Origin: Gloeobacterales cyanobacterium
GTDB taxonomy: Bacteria; Cyanobacteriota; Cyanobacteriia; Gloeobacterales; PMM-0068
Reading direction: 5' to 3'
DNA: 64,000 nucleotides
Assembly: GCA_038245785.1 (NCBI GenBank)
Contig: JBBRSB010000006.1
Span: 32,001-96,000 of the forward strand
Part shown: positions 41,774 to 51,107 of the stretch, in pieces
Layout of the letters: every line of letters starts with the position of its first letter
Position numbering within the stretch: the first letter of the stretch is position 1
Notes under the pieces: model-generated
What the model was told of the DNA's origin: nothing
Seen by the model: the letters and a program-made list of their open reading frames with translations, nothing else
The model's database searches: none
Made by a program: the position numbers and the translations under genes

Positions 41774-41849
41774 ACTATTTCGGGAATTTAATGGAACAAA
41801 ACACTGACCTAGACGTTGATTACACTGGGTAATAGAGTTAGCAACACCA

Positions 41850-43517
41850 ATGAGCAGTAAAGCAGTATGGAGACGAGTGAGGAGTAGAGCCTATCTACCT
41901 ACACTCCTAAGTCTAGGATTAATAATCTTTCCGCTGACCCTACCCATCCAGGCGCAACCAAAAGGCCCCGTGGGAAAAACGACTGGGCAAACGGGAAAAA
42001 CAGAACAAGAAAAGGTCAATTTCAATTGGACCAAGCCCTACGCGCAGGCACTCCAGCAAAAGAAGAACTTATCCATCCTTAGCGATCCACTAGGAAAGAC
42101 GTTAAGCCGCATTGAGTTGACCAACTGGCTAACCCAAGCCTTTGACTTAAAACCCGTTCGCACTAAGACCGTCCCCCTCAAAGACCTAGAAAAAGACAGT
42201 CCTGACTATTGGAATGCTCAGGCTGTAGTCCAAAGCGGTTTGCTCACAGCTCCTGATGGCAAATTTGACCCCAAAGCAGACTTGACCCGTCTAGAAACGC
42301 TAGCACTCATCAGTCGGGCCCTTAAGTTAGAAGCCCCTGACGCAGAGATTGCAGATTCCTGGCTCAAGCTATACAAAGACAATCGAGACATTCCCAAGGA
42401 GGGAAGAGACTTTGTGGCGGCTTCAGCCCAAGCAGGTTTAATTGTTAGCTATCCAAACGCCGATGTCTTGGGGCCAGATGATGTGCTGACCCGTGGAGAA
42501 GCCGCCGTTATTGTGCATCAAGCTCTTGTATACAAGAAAGAGCTACCTGAAATTGAGCCGCCCGTAGCTCAGAAAAAACTAGACCGCCCAAAGATCACTG
42601 CCATCAAAGTCAGCCCCGAGTCTAATGCTCTTCCAGGGCAACAGATTGTGATTACCGCTGAAGGTACTCCGCAAGCAAAGGCCACCTTCAACTTTGCAGA
42701 CTTTGTGAGTGACCAACCGATGACAGAGGTCAGCGCTGGAGTTTACCGTGGGGTCTATGTAGTTCGGCGAGGAGATGACATTGTCAATCCTTCCATAGAA
42801 GTCTCTCTAGCTCATAGTGGCGTTACAACCCGTGCTCAAAAGGTTGCCAATCTAGCTCTAGGCGATAGTGAACCTGTCCGGTCTGCCCAGAGCGCTAGCC
42901 CCGTCCCATCCCAGAACACGCCTGATGGTCCAGGGACAGAGCCTCCTGATCTTGCCAATGGTCCTAATAGGCCAAGACAGGGGCCCCAAGATCCTTTAGA
43001 TAACGAACCAGCCCCCTCATCATCACTCCCTCCGCTTGCCTCTTCCCCTACTCAGAGTCCGAGTACTACGCCAACCCAGCCCAGCACCGCACCCCCACGG
43101 CTATCCAAATCCAACACTACGTTACGACCACTGAAGAAAGGCACTCCGGCCCGACGCAACACAGATCCAGACCTAGCTCCCTATTCCGCGCCTGCCCGTG
43201 GCATCCCCTTTGAACTAGGACCGCGTATTGCCCAAGTCGGATACAATCCAGCCGGACGGGTCTTCTTCCCAGGAGACCTTCTGGAAGTCAATGTTCAAGG
43301 AGATCCAGGAAGTCAAGCATATTTCAAAATTGTTGGCTTTACGGCTGAAGTAAAAATGCAAGAGGTTGCCCCCGGTTATTACGAGGGTAAAGTCAGAATT
43401 GGAGAGCGGCTAGAAGTCCCTGAGGGAACCATCCAAGTTGCGTTGGAAAAAAATGGAATCCGCTCATACGGGCGGATTCAAGAACCAATCACGATTGTCA
43501 GTGGGCGCATTCGTTAG
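41850..43517 (+). CDS. Secreted S-layer homology (SLH) domain protein with two repeated beta-rich domains
   Basis: Signal peptide; LSRIE/LTRLE/LTRGEAA SLH motifs; Pro/Ser/Thr-rich linker. Confidence 0.8.
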   Translation: MSSKAVWRRVRSRAYLPTLLSLGLIIFPLTLPIQAQPKGPVGKTTGQTGKTEQEKVNFNWTKPYAQALQQKKNLSILSDPLGKTLSRIELTNWLTQAFDLKPVRTKTVPLKDLEKDSPDYWNAQAVVQSGLLTAPDGKFDPKADLTRLETLALISRALKLEAPDAEIADSWLKLYKDNRDIPKEGRDFVAASAQAGLIVSYPNADVLGPDDVLTRGEAAVIVHQALVYKKELPEIEPPVAQKKLDRPKITAIKVSPESNALPGQQIVITAEGTPQAKATFNFADFVSDQPMTEVSAGVYRGVYVVRRGDDIVNPSIEVSLAHSGVTTRAQKVANLALGDSEPVRSAQSASPVPSQNTPDGPGTEPPDLANGPNRPRQGPQDPLDNEPAPSSSLPPLASSPTQSPSTTPTQPSTAPPRLSKSNTTLRPLKKGTPARRNTDPDLAPYSAPARGIPFELGPRIAQVGYNPAGRVFFPGDLLEVNVQGDPGSQAYFKIVGFTAEVKMQEVAPGYYEGKVRIGERLEVPEGTIQVALEKNGIRSYGRIQEPITIVSGRIR

Positions 43518-43529
43518 AAAGCAAAGGCT

Positions 43530-43799
43530 CTAACGGCGCAGACCAAGACGCTCAACAATCTTCTGGTACCGAGGAGTATCCATTTTGGCAACGTAGCCGA
43601 GTAACTGCTTACGCTGGCTGATGATTTTCAGTAGACCTCGCCGAGAAGCAAAGTCTTTTGGATTGACACGCAGGTGCTGGGTCAATTGGGTGATGCGTTC
43701 TGTGAGCATCGCAACCTGAACTTCAGGAGACCCCGTATCCGTACTGTGGGTCTTGAAGCCTTCAATCAGTTCTTGTTTTTTTTCTTGAGTCAGGGCCAT
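43530..43799 (-). CDS. rpsO: 30S ribosomal protein S15
   Basis: DTGSPEVQVA, HL..NPKDFASRRGL. Confidence 0.98.
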   Translation of the reverse strand: MALTQEKKQELIEGFKTHSTDTGSPEVQVAMLTERITQLTQHLRVNPKDFASRRGLLKIISQRKQLLGYVAKMDTPRYQKIVERLGLRR

Positions 43800-43845
43800 A
43801 GATTCGGTCTGTTAGTTAAAGACACAGTATATAAAAATACCACAG

Positions 43846-44259
43846 TTAAGCGCCCAAAGCACCGAAGCTCGTGGTTATCAACCCGGCAATACAGGTCATA
43901 CTCCCCGCCCACATCAAGGACCGGACCAAGGGAATATTTATGATGTAGCAGAGGCTATAGGCTACCCGTGTAGCCAGAAAAGCAAGGGCAAGATTGGTTG
44001 TATAACTAGAGCCCGTTTGCGTGGTGTAGACCATAAGCGCAGCCGCTGCAAAAAACATAAAGACTTCGAAAGAGTTTTGGTGTGCCCACGTAGCCCGCTG
44101 TGCATAGGCCGGCAATTTATCAAACAGCGATCGAGGAGCACTCATGTCATACCCCACCTGGAAACGGCCAAAGGCAACGAACAGATAGGGGAAGTAGACC
44201 AACAAAGCCGCCGCAGCGATGGAGTACAAAAGAACCTGGGCAGGCAAAAAGGTCATCAC
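43846..44259 (-). CDS. MAPEG family membrane protein
   Basis: RATWAHQNSFE motif, four TM helices. Confidence 0.88.
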   Translation of the reverse strand: MMTFLPAQVLLYSIAAAALLVYFPYLFVAFGRFQVGYDMSAPRSLFDKLPAYAQRATWAHQNSFEVFMFFAAAALMVYTTQTGSSYTTNLALAFLATRVAYSLCYIINIPLVRSLMWAGSMTCIAGLITTSFGALGA

Positions 44260-44292
44260 GCTATCTCTACTAATCTATTAAGAATTGTAACT

Positions 44293-44318
44293 AAAAAGAG
44301 GGGGCTTAACACCCCCTC
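44293..44318 (-). terminator. Rho-independent terminator after psbA
   Basis: Minus strand GAGGGGGT-gttaa-GCCCCCTC-TTTTT, 25 nt after the psbA stop. Confidence 0.8.
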
Positions 44319-44343
44319 GATCTATGAGCTTGTGGTAAAAATT

Positions 44344-45406
44344 TTAGCTAGCAACTTCAGAAGATGGGCCAGAAGCCAAGTCTAGAGGGAAATTGTGTAC
44401 ATTCCGCTCGTGCATGACTTCGATCCCCAGATTTGCTCGGTTCACAACGTCCGCCCAGGTTTAAATTACACGCCCCTGAGGATCAACAATACTGGTATTG
44501 AAATTAAACCCATTTAGGTTAAAGCCCATAATGCTAATACCCAAGGACGTCGCCCAAATTCCAACCACAGGCCAAGCTGCCAATGCAAAGTGTAGAGATC
44601 GGCTGTTGTTGAAAGACGCATATTGGAAGATCAAGCGCCCAAAATAGCCGTGAGCTGCCACGATGTTGTAGGTTTCTTCTTCTTGACCGAACTTGTAGCC
44701 GTTACTTTGAGACTCTTCATAAGTCGTCTCTTTGATCAAAGAAGAAGTTACCAAAGAACCATGCATTGCACTAAATAGAGCTCCACCGAAAACACCAGCA
44801 ACCCCTAGCATATGCAGTGGGTGATTCAAAATGTTGTGCTCTGCCTGGAAAATAAACATGAAGTTAAACGTTCCAGAAATTCCCAAGGGCATCGCATCAG
44901 AAAAAGAACCTTGACCGATTCGGATAGATTAAAAACACTGCCGTTGCTGCTGCTACTGGAGCAGAGTAAGCAATGCAAATCCAAGGACGCAGACCTAAGC
45001 GATAGCTCAGTTCCCATTCACGACCCAGATAACAAAAAATCCCAATCAAAAAGTGGAAGATAATTAACTGATATGGCCCACCGTTATAAAGCCATTCATC
45101 CATGCTGGAAGCTTCCCAGAGGGGGTAGAAGTGCAAACCAATCGCATTGGAAGAGGGAATAACATTCCCTGTGATTATATTATTGCCGTAGAGCAAACTT
45201 CCAGAGATCGGCTCACGGATTCCATCCATATCAACAGGAGGAGCTGCAATGAAAGCAATCACAAAACAGATCGTTGCCGTGAGGAGTGTAGGGATCATCA
45301 AAACGCCAAACCAGCCAACATACAAACGGTTATCTGTAGAAGTGATCCAGTTAGCAAATTGTTCCCATAGTCCAGGACCAGAGCGGCGCTGTAATACAGT
45401 CGTCAT
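44344..45406 (-). pseudogene. psbA: Photosystem II D1 gene with a +1 frameshift and an in-frame TAA
   Basis: Full D1 reconstructable (353 aa): extra A in tat-ccg-A-atc-ggt-caa (~44920) and TAA at 44461-44463 in [33 protein letters not shown]. Confidence 0.9.
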
Positions 45407-45688
45407 ACTGAATACCTTAAGACTAGAGTGGATACTCCTGTTGTAGCTAAAGTCAGACCGCTCTGGGTAGAGGAGAAGCATCAAAGAATTTTATGAAATC
45501 GATTGACTTCTTCTAGGACATTTATCAAGTTCACACCGAAACATACAGTTAATCCCACAAAGCTCATCGGTCTTATTAGTTTTACTTATACATCGAAAAT
45601 CTTTACAGCATTTAATCATAGATAGAGCCTGTCCAGATAGTTGTCCACACGCCTTATTATTGAGTACGCCGATACAGGAGTTAGTGGA

Positions 45689-46303
45689 ATGACCAGTGAA
45701 GTAAAAACGGTGTCTGGACGAGGTATTCCCCTCATTGGTAATGATATTGATACAGACCGGATCATTCCTGCTCGTTTTCTGCGTTGCATAACCTTCGATG
45801 GACTAGGCGCAGAAGTATTTGCGGACGATCGTAAGGCGCTAGCAGGGAAGCACCCCTTTGACCAGCCTCAGTACCAAGGAGCCAGCATTCTGGTAGTTAA
45901 CCGAAACTTTGGTTGTGGATCCAGTCGAGAACACGCACCCCAAGCCATCGCTAAATGGGGCATTCAGGCACTGATTGGCGAGAGCTTTGCTGAAATATTT
46001 TTTGGCAACTGTGTGGCAATGGGTATCCCCTGCTTGACGGCGAATTCCGGCACGGTTGAATATCTACAAAGCTCCCTGGCAAAAAACCCTCAAACGCCTA
46101 TCCAGATAGACCTCATAGCGATGCAGGCCCATTGTGGTGACTTCCATGCTCCTGTATTTATGAGCGAAGGACCACGAAACATGTTTACGGAAGGGACCTG
46201 GGATGCCTGTGGACAGCTAGTGGCCCAAGCCAAGCAAGTCCGAGCAACAGCCTCAGCGCTTCCCTATATAGCTTGGAATAGTTTGAGCTCACTGGAGGGT
46301 TGA
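45689..46303 (+). CDS. leuD: 3-isopropylmalate dehydratase small subunit
   Basis: [30 protein letters not shown] before ATG 45689. Confidence 0.97.
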   Translation: MTSEVKTVSGRGIPLIGNDIDTDRIIPARFLRCITFDGLGAEVFADDRKALAGKHPFDQPQYQGASILVVNRNFGCGSSREHAPQAIAKWGIQALIGESFAEIFFGNCVAMGIPCLTANSGTVEYLQSSLAKNPQTPIQIDLIAMQAHCGDFHAPVFMSEGPRNMFTEGTWDACGQLVAQAKQVRATASALPYIAWNSLSSLEG

Positions 46304-46364
46304 AGCTATTACCTTGTTCATGAGAAGTAGTGCTGCAGATATCCAAATCCAATCAGAACCAAGT

Positions 46365-46910
46365 ATGAATACAAGAGGATTTACGCTCGTTGAACTTTTA
46401 ATTGTGGCTGTAATCGTAGGAATTTTAGCTTCTATAGCTCTACCGAATTTTGGTCTCTTGCGAGATAAAGAGAATGTCCGAACTGTAGCTACACAATTTG
46501 CCAAAGATGTTGAACAACAGCGAAGTTTAGCGCGCACTGAAAACAAAAGAAGAATTATTAAAGTTCTATCTGCAGATACAACTGCTTATTTTGCGGGCCC
46601 TTGCGCCGATGATAGCTGTACGGCAACAAGCCCTGATATGGTTACTGCTAATACAGGCAATAATGTCAAAGTTCTCTCTGCTAGTAGCATTTATCCAATA
46701 GTTCTATCATTTTCTCCGCCCTATGGAATTGCCGATAACGATAATGATGCAGGCACTACATTTAGCCTGCAAAAATTTGTATTCTTTATAGAAAAAAGCA
46801 GAACAAGTAACTCTCTTACTCAGAATTCTATCTGTACGATGAGAGAGATTATAGAACCCTGCCGTGCTGTTCATATAGTAGGGAATTTAGGGAAAGTAAT
46901 AGTGAAATGA
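46365..46910 (+). CDS. Type IV minor pilin/pseudopilin (FimT/GspH-like)
   Basis: [14 protein letters not shown] prepilin cleavage-methylation motif. Confidence 0.88.
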   Translation: MNTRGFTLVELLIVAVIVGILASIALPNFGLLRDKENVRTVATQFAKDVEQQRSLARTENKRRIIKVLSADTTAYFAGPCADDSCTATSPDMVTANTGNNVKVLSASSIYPIVLSFSPPYGIADNDNDAGTTFSLQKFVFFIEKSRTSNSLTQNSICTMREIIEPCRAVHIVGNLGKVIVK

Positions 46911-47668
46911 AAAGAAACTGTTCTGGTTTTACTTTAGTCGAACTTCTAGTTGCTGCATCTATGGTAGGTATTCTTTCTATTGGTCTTGCGATTATCAGTG
47001 TCACTGCTCTGAGCGCAACGGCTGGAAACAAGCAAACAGCTGAAGCTTTAAATGAAATGAGAATAGCAAATAGTTATATAGCCGATAATATAAGACAAGG
47101 AAACTATATTTATCCCATCGGTTCTATCAGTCTGAATGGCTCTGGATGCAAAATTGATAACCGTTGCTTAGTCTTCACAAGACCTCACGCCGAAAATGGA
47201 GCCATAGCAAAATGCCTACTCATTATTTATAAGTTTGACAGCCGAGCTAAATTAGGTGATGACTTCAAAGTCACATTACCGTCAGCAGACTCTACTTGGG
47301 CTGATAAAAATACTTGGTATTTAGGTGAGCACCAAAATAGATATGACAAGGACAGTGATGACATGTGCATCGGAAATAGACCGTCCACCATAATAGGTAC
47401 GCCACAGGTCATCCTTGATTACGTTGCCCGTAGTGATGGCCATGCGGGTGGTCCTATTTATCAGCTTTTTACGATACATCCAGCTGCCCCGGCTGTGCCT
47501 ACACGGGTAACGCTACAGCTCCGTCAAGCCCGACAATTTGGGAACAAGGTTATCTACATTCCTGCAAGTGCGGCTGCGCTAGAAATACACCCCAATGCAA
47601 CGTCAACTGAAAAATCAGGGGAAGCAGGTTTCTTGGAAACTACCGTGACGCTACGAAATGCTTCATAG
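46907..47668 (+). CDS. Type IV minor pilin/pseudopilin (PilW-like)
   Basis: [11 protein letters not shown] motif, [13 protein letters not shown] helix; ATGA coupling to the previous gene. Confidence 0.85.
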   Translation: MKRNCSGFTLVELLVAASMVGILSIGLAIISVTALSATAGNKQTAEALNEMRIANSYIADNIRQGNYIYPIGSISLNGSGCKIDNRCLVFTRPHAENGAIAKCLLIIYKFDSRAKLGDDFKVTLPSADSTWADKNTWYLGEHQNRYDKDSDDMCIGNRPSTIIGTPQVILDYVARSDGHAGGPIYQLFTIHPAAPAVPTRVTLQLRQARQFGNKVIYIPASAAALEIHPNATSTEKSGEAGFLETTVTLRNAS

Positions 47669-48367
47669 TGGATTGGAAGCTTTTTGTAGTTCAAGCAACT
47701 CTGATATTCCTGTAGTGGCTAAGCCTAACAGAGTATCCAACGCAGGACGTTCCAAGGGGGCTTCTTCTGCAGTAGCTTGAATCTCAATAAGAGTGAGTTC
47801 TTGCGTCATTACCACATTCATATCTACTTCTGCTGCGACATCTTCTTCATAGCAGAGATCTAAGTGAGCAACCCCCTCAATAGTGCCAAGAGAAATGGCT
47901 GCAACTTGTGTTTTTAATGCCTGCATCAGCCCTAAGCTTTCTAAGGTATCCCGCAAAGCAACCCATCCTCCGGTAATCGCTGCGGTACGAGTCCCTCCAT
48001 CGGCTTGAAGGACATCACAATCTAAAGTTAGGGTGCGAGAACCTAAAGCCTTTAGATCCACAGCCATGCGCAAAGAACGACCAATTAGGCGCTGAATTTC
48101 CTGTGTGCGGCCCGAAGGTTTTCCAGTTTCTCGTCTAGCCCTACCTCTCGGGGTAGAGCCAGGGAGCATGCTGTACTCCGCAGTGAGCCAACCTTGAGCG
48201 GTGTTCTTCAAAAAATCAGGCACCTTCTCTTCTACGGAGCATGTGCACAAAACCCAAGTATTGCCCACCGTGACGAGAACAGACCCAGGCGTAAAACGGG
48301 TGTAGTGACGCTCAAAACGAATCGGTCTTAGCTGATCAAGTTTGCGGCCATCGATACGGGAAGCCAT
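47663..48367 (-). CDS. rph: Ribonuclease PH
   Basis: [40 protein letters not shown]. Confidence 0.97.
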   Translation of the reverse strand: MASRIDGRKLDQLRPIRFERHYTRFTPGSVLVTVGNTWVLCTCSVEEKVPDFLKNTAQGWLTAEYSMLPGSTPRGRARRETGKPSGRTQEIQRLIGRSLRMAVDLKALGSRTLTLDCDVLQADGGTRTAAITGGWVALRDTLESLGLMQALKTQVAAISLGTIEGVAHLDLCYEEDVAAEVDMNVVMTQELTLIEIQATAEEAPLERPALDTLLGLATTGISELLELQKASNPL

Positions 48368-48457
48368 GGGAAACGTCTTAAGAATCAGCCGCTAGCTTAC
48401 CGCACCCCATTACTTTTGATACGGGTAAATTTTACTCCTAAGTTCAAAGGGAACTTT

Positions 48458-48772
48458 CTAACGTCTTTCTTGGAGCTGACGGACCTGATACTCTAGCTGT
48501 TCAACCCTATTTTTGAGTGCTTCTACATCACTATTTTCAGGCACTCCAATATCTTTGAGAGTCGCCCGTAAGCGACGTTGGAACTGATCCTCAAAATTTC
48601 CCTGCTCTTCTTTTAATCGAAACAGCATATCGTCCAGAAATTCTTTGGCATCTGTCTGATTGAGGCGACCATCTTTAACCCAATCATCCAGCGTTTTCTG
48701 CAGTCTATCGACCATCATGTTGGTGGTTTCCAGACCAAGCATTAACAGTTGGCGTAAAAGTGGATTTTGCAT
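48458..48772 (-). CDS. Phasin-like coiled-coil protein
   Basis: LMLGL...DDWVKDGRLNQTDAKEFLDD; C-terminal coiled coil. Confidence 0.65.
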   Translation of the reverse strand: MQNPLLRQLLMLGLETTNMMVDRLQKTLDDWVKDGRLNQTDAKEFLDDMLFRLKEEQGNFEDQFQRRLRATLKDIGVPENSDVEALKNRVEQLEYQVRQLQERR

Positions 48773-48832
48773 AATTATTCTCTCTCTAGTGCGTTCTCTG
48801 TCTCTAGACTAGCGAAATTTAGATGGGCTTAT

Positions 48833-50851
48833 CTAGCGGACCTCTTTCAGCACCAACAGATCTTGCCTTGGGTCTATTTGGACGACCTTGAGGTCTACCA
48901 TTTCGCCCCGACTGACGGCCCGGTCGAAACGGACGGGCAAACGGATGCCAATTTGCTCTAGAAGCACCACCCCTCGGTGAGAATCCCCTCCAGCCCAATC
49001 TAAAACTAATGCGGGCTGACGCGTATCAGGTTCACGAGCAATATATTCCAAAAGCCAGTAACGCACGGTCTGACGCTCCAGTTGCGTTGCTTCATAGCAG
49101 GCACTTTCCACAGGAGCCAAGAGGATACGTAATTGCTCTGCATCAAAAGGCAGAGGCTCTCCTCGCAAATGTGCCTTGATTTGATAATGGACGACTAAGT
49201 CGCTATATCGACGAATGGGAGAGGTGGCCTGAGCATAGGCGGCAAGACCAAGTCCCCCATGGGAAGCTGGGCTAATGCTGGTCTCTCCTCGTTGCATACA
49301 GCGACAAAGGACATAATCCCGCACAGGACCGAGCGGAAGTTGGTCAATCTCTTCTTTCGGTGGGAGCTGGGGTTGAGGCTGGGCTCGGTAGGGAATCGGA
49401 ATATTTTCTCGCTGAGCATAACGAGCCGTAACTTCTCCGACTAGAATCATCATTTCCGAAACCAGAAGTCGAGAAGGACTCTCTGTTAAAACCTCCAAGC
49501 TAAGTTTGTTACTCTCTTCTTGGACTTTAATTTGAGATTCCGGCATGTCAATTTGAACAGCGCCCAAGTCCAATCGATACTGTCGGCGTTTTCTGGCCCA
49601 CTGATATAGCTTTTCCAGCGTTGGCTCTGAGCCAGTTTCTAAAAGTTCATCCACTTCCGGGTAATCAATGCGATAGATCGTCCGCAGCAGGGTAGGCATG
49701 ATTTCGTAGTTCAGGATCTCTCCCGTATTGGAGAGCTGAATGGCAAAGCTAAGACCGCAGTTATCCCGTCCCGCCACCAAACTCATCGGTCCTGTAGCCA
49801 GTTCAGGGGGGAACATAGGCAAGACTTTCTCAGGAAGATAAACACTGGTACCGCGTGCTCTGACTTCTCGGTCTAAGACGCTATCAGGGAATATCCATCG
49901 GCTCGGGTCTGCCACATGGACCCAAATCCATTCAGTTCCGTCAGGTCGTTGCTCCACACTTAGTCCGTCGTCTACTTCTTGGGTAGATTCATCGTCAATG
50001 GTGTAGACCGGCAGGGTCCTTAGGTCACGACGAGCAGTTTGATCCTTGTCCAGAGGAGGATTTTCCAAGAGCTTCTGAGCTTCGGCCAGAACTTCCTCTG
50101 AAAAAGTTTGGGGAATCTGAGAGCGTAAGAGAAATAGATTTTCATGAGCATTCCAATGCCCTAATTCCACCAAAAGCCGGAACGCATCTTGGGGCTCTTC
50201 CTTGCGACCTAAAATACGTAGCGTCTCTTGCGCCATGCGGTAGTCCGGGGATTCCTGTTGCCAGAGAACCCAGCGCTCCAAAGCGGTCAGGCGGGGTATA
50301 TCTATTTCTCGGTCCCAATCCAAATTTTCTGCATCTTTTGAACCAGGGATTCCCGATAGGCGACGACGAATTTTTTGGACAAAAGCTTCTTGGATACGCG
50401 TTTTTTCGGCGGCGGCGGCCAACTGATGTCGGATTTCATCCACCTGTTCACGGGGCCGCGCTTCGTAGACTTCTCCTTTTTGCTTAAAGTACAGTCTGTC
50501 CTCCGCTAAAAGACGGTGGGCACTATACGTAGCTACGGGGGTTTGTTCGCCAAAGAGAAGTTGGGCTAAGTCCTTGGGGGCTGTGGGTTCATGGGTATCC
50601 ACAAGAATTTCCCAAGCCACTTCTAGATCGGTAGCGCTGATGTATTCTTGGCTGACAGACTCCATTTGAGGAATATCTTGCAGATTGTAGGGCCCCTCGG
50701 GCCATTCAAACGTGACTTGGCGGGGATGAACCCGATGAATGTGTCCCGTTGCTGTCTGCAGACACCAATTTTTTTTGCCATCTGGCCCTGTAATCACGGC
50801 TAGGAGCCGCTCTCCCTGCAGACGAAATTCAACTAATGCGCCCTTATCCAT
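48833..50851 (-). CDS. rnb: Ribonuclease II (RNB domain)
   Basis: TIDDESTQEVDDGLS, HVADP, TSPIRRYSDL. Confidence 0.93.
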   Translation of the reverse strand: MDKGALVEFRLQGERLLAVITGPDGKKNWCLQTATGHIHRVHPRQVTFEWPEGPYNLQDIPQMESVSQEYISATDLEVAWEILVDTHEPTAPKDLAQLLFGEQTPVATYSAHRLLAEDRLYFKQKGEVYEARPREQVDEIRHQLAAAAEKTRIQEAFVQKIRRRLSGIPGSKDAENLDWDREIDIPRLTALERWVLWQQESPDYRMAQETLRILGRKEEPQDAFRLLVELGHWNAHENLFLLRSQIPQTFSEEVLAEAQKLLENPPLDKDQTARRDLRTLPVYTIDDESTQEVDDGLSVEQRPDGTEWIWVHVADPSRWIFPDSVLDREVRARGTSVYLPEKVLPMFPPELATGPMSLVAGRDNCGLSFAIQLSNTGEILNYEIMPTLLRTIYRIDYPEVDELLETGSEPTLEKLYQWARKRRQYRLDLGAVQIDMPESQIKVQEESNKLSLEVLTESPSRLLVSEMMILVGEVTARYAQRENIPIPYRAQPQPQLPPKEEIDQLPLGPVRDYVLCRCMQRGETSISPASHGGLGLAAYAQATSPIRRYSDLVVHYQIKAHLRGEPLPFDAEQLRILLAPVESACYEATQLERQTVRYWLLEYIAREPDTRQPALVLDWAGGDSHRGVVLLEQIGIRLPVRFDRAVSRGEMVDLKVVQIDPRQDLLVLKEVR

Positions 50852-50983
50852 ACCACCTCAGCATCCAGCCATGGACGTTCTATTTTCCGCTAAAAGATCA
50901 CTCAATGGCCACTAACAGTAATATGGATCGAGAGGGGTCTTGCAGCCTTGTTTCGTGCTGGTTTAATTTGAAGGCAGCTTATG

Positions 50984-51010
50984 TTAGCACTTCATCAAGT
51001 CAGTTGCTAA
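50984..51010 (+). promoter_or_regulatory. Degenerate CIRCE (HrcA) operator upstream of dnaK
   Basis: TTAGCACTT-N9-AGTTGCTAA versus consensus TTAGCACTC-N9-GAGTGCTAA; same 27-bp span. Confidence 0.55.
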
Positions 51011-51107
51011 AGCTAGACTCAATATGCTTAGGTGGAATAAAGGACGGGTTTTCCCGGCGAGCCTAATTGTACCCTAGAAAAAGGACTCGAAAAGAGGTGC
51101 TAGACGC

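Noticed and set aside
34804..44463. TAA reassignment or read-through explaining two premature TAA codons
   Set aside because: TAA is the normal stop for many genes here (dnaK, rpsO, aqpZ), and the expected residues differ between the two sites
44461..45484. Two separate D1-like ORFs read as a naturally split psbA or intron/intein
   Set aside because: The halves join seamlessly after removing one base; no intervening sequence exists
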